From: Candidatus Pacearchaeota archaeon
GTDB taxonomy: Archaea; Nanobdellota; Nanobdellia; Pacearchaeales; GW2011-AR1
Direction of reading: 5' to 3'
DNA length: 14,321 nt
Assembly (NCBI GenBank): GCA_018304175.1
Contig: JAGVWT010000010.1
Location: 1-14,321 of the forward strand
Below, piece by piece: positions 13,666 through 14,321 of this stretch; position 1 is the stretch's first letter; every line of letters begins with the position of its first letter. The notes under the pieces are model-generated. The model was not told where the DNA came from and did not search any database. It saw only the letters and a list, made by a program, of their open reading frames with translations. Position numbers and translations under genes: made by a program.

Positions 13666-13854
13666 AATAGGAACTATTCAATTAGGAAAGCAGGGAATAA
13701 CTGAGAATTTTATTGGGAATTTAAGAAACCAATTTAAGAATCATGAAAATGTGAAAATCTCTGTTTTGAAAAGTGGAACAAGGAATAAAAATGAACTGCA
13801 AAAATAATCGGCTGGACAATTGTGGTTAAGAAGTGGCGAAAAATTGTTAGATGA
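13658..13854 (+). pseudogene. yhbY: YhbY/CRM-domain RNA-binding protein, broken by internal deletion plus frameshift
   Basis: Frame from 13658: MYKIGTIQLGKQGITENFIGNLRNQFKNHENVKISVLKSGTRNKNELQK* (GKxG, HE.VK; stop 13805-13807). The -1 frame from 13798 gives AKIIGWTIVVKKWRKIVR* (CRM last strand, IG-x-T-hhh). The intervening helix is missing. Confidence 0.8.
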
Positions 13855-13976
13855 AACATCAAGGTATAAATTGCTATCCTTATGAATTAGCTATTCCTAA
13901 TTTGACTTTAAATAATGAAGATAAGTGGAGGGAGTTAATTAATCTATCAAAATTTAATTCTAATTTAATTGATTAA
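13851..13976 (+). CDS. Possible small protein, 41 aa (MKHQGINCYPYELAIPNLTLNNEDKWRELINLSKFNSNLID)
   Basis: Translated by hand. ATGA overlap with the yhbY-remnant stop; ends overlapping the convergent Ltp stop. Confidence 0.35.
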   Translation: MKHQGINCYPYELAIPNLTLNNEDKWRELINLSKFNSNLID

Positions 13977-14321
13977 TATCCAACTTGTTCTAATGCATAT
14001 TGTATTTGAGATTCTGTAAATCCTTCATATTCTAATTGGTCGTGCAGTTCCTGTTTTGAGAAACTTGAATACTTTAAATACGATTCGGCACTTTCATAAG
14101 CTTCTTCATTCCAATCAACTTCAACATTATTTATCGCATAATTAATTTCTAATGAAGTGTAGCCTTCATAATCTAATTGGTCTTCAAGACCTTTTTCTGA
14201 AAACCCTGAATATTTTAGGTAACTTTGAGCTGATTTTAACGCATTCCTTTCTCCCAATGTTGCTTTATCTGATTGTTCTTCTACGGCTGGCGTAGTTGTT
14301 GGTGTTGTGATTGTTTCCGTA
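13973..14321 (-). CDS. Ltp-family (host cell surface-exposed lipoprotein) repeat protein, 5' partial
   Basis: Two tandem repeats SA.SYLKYS.FS...L.DQL.YEG(Y/F)T...I.YA. The frame stays open past the TTG at 14257 to the window edge (TETITTPTTTPAVEEQSDKATL, a Thr/Pro linker). Confidence 0.85.
   Translation of the reverse strand, partial: TETITTPTTTPAVEEQSDKATLGERNALKSAQSYLKYSGFSEKGLEDQLDYEGYTSLEINYAINNVEVDWNEEAYESAESYLKYSSFSKQELHDQLEYEGFTESQIQYALEQVGY

Noticed and set aside
13796-13807. Programmed -1 frameshift producing full-length YhbY
   Set aside because: Even if shifted, the roughly 65-aa product lacks an internal helix of the CRM fold; no stimulatory structure seen.
14255-14257. TTG start of the Ltp-like ORF
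   Set aside because: The frame remains open to the window edge with a Thr/Pro linker, so the true start is outside the window.

Overview
AT-rich, gene-dense archaeal chromosome segment, most likely DPANN (Pacearchaeota-like). The assignment is inferred from archaeal rRNA and RNase P signatures, a form III RuBisCO, a KKAQ class III signal peptide, compact genes and TATA promoters. From left to right: the 3' end of 23S rRNA with no linked 5S; a minus-strand block of a PD-(D/E)XK nuclease plus four micro-ORFs missed by the ORF track, bracketed by a 30-bp direct repeat; an RRM/RGG RNA-binding protein; an M23-like exported protein; a redox/quality-control cluster (msrB, msrA, LMW-PTP-like, YbaK/EbsC, Prx5-type peroxiredoxin, Grx-like ORF); an RNase P RNA (7275-7673) with a branched P3 and a two-hairpin insertion between P5 and P7; tRNA-Phe(GAA); uppP; DUF4190-like and pilin-like genes; a tightly coupled cysS-rbcL(form III)-Nudix-NFACT-R-yhbY(broken) operon; and the 3' part of an Ltp-repeat surface protein. 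Most operon-first genes have a TATA box 27-29 nt before the ATG, implying leaderless mRNAs. No CRISPR array, transposase or integrase was seen. All family assignments come from motif recognition by eye, not database searches.
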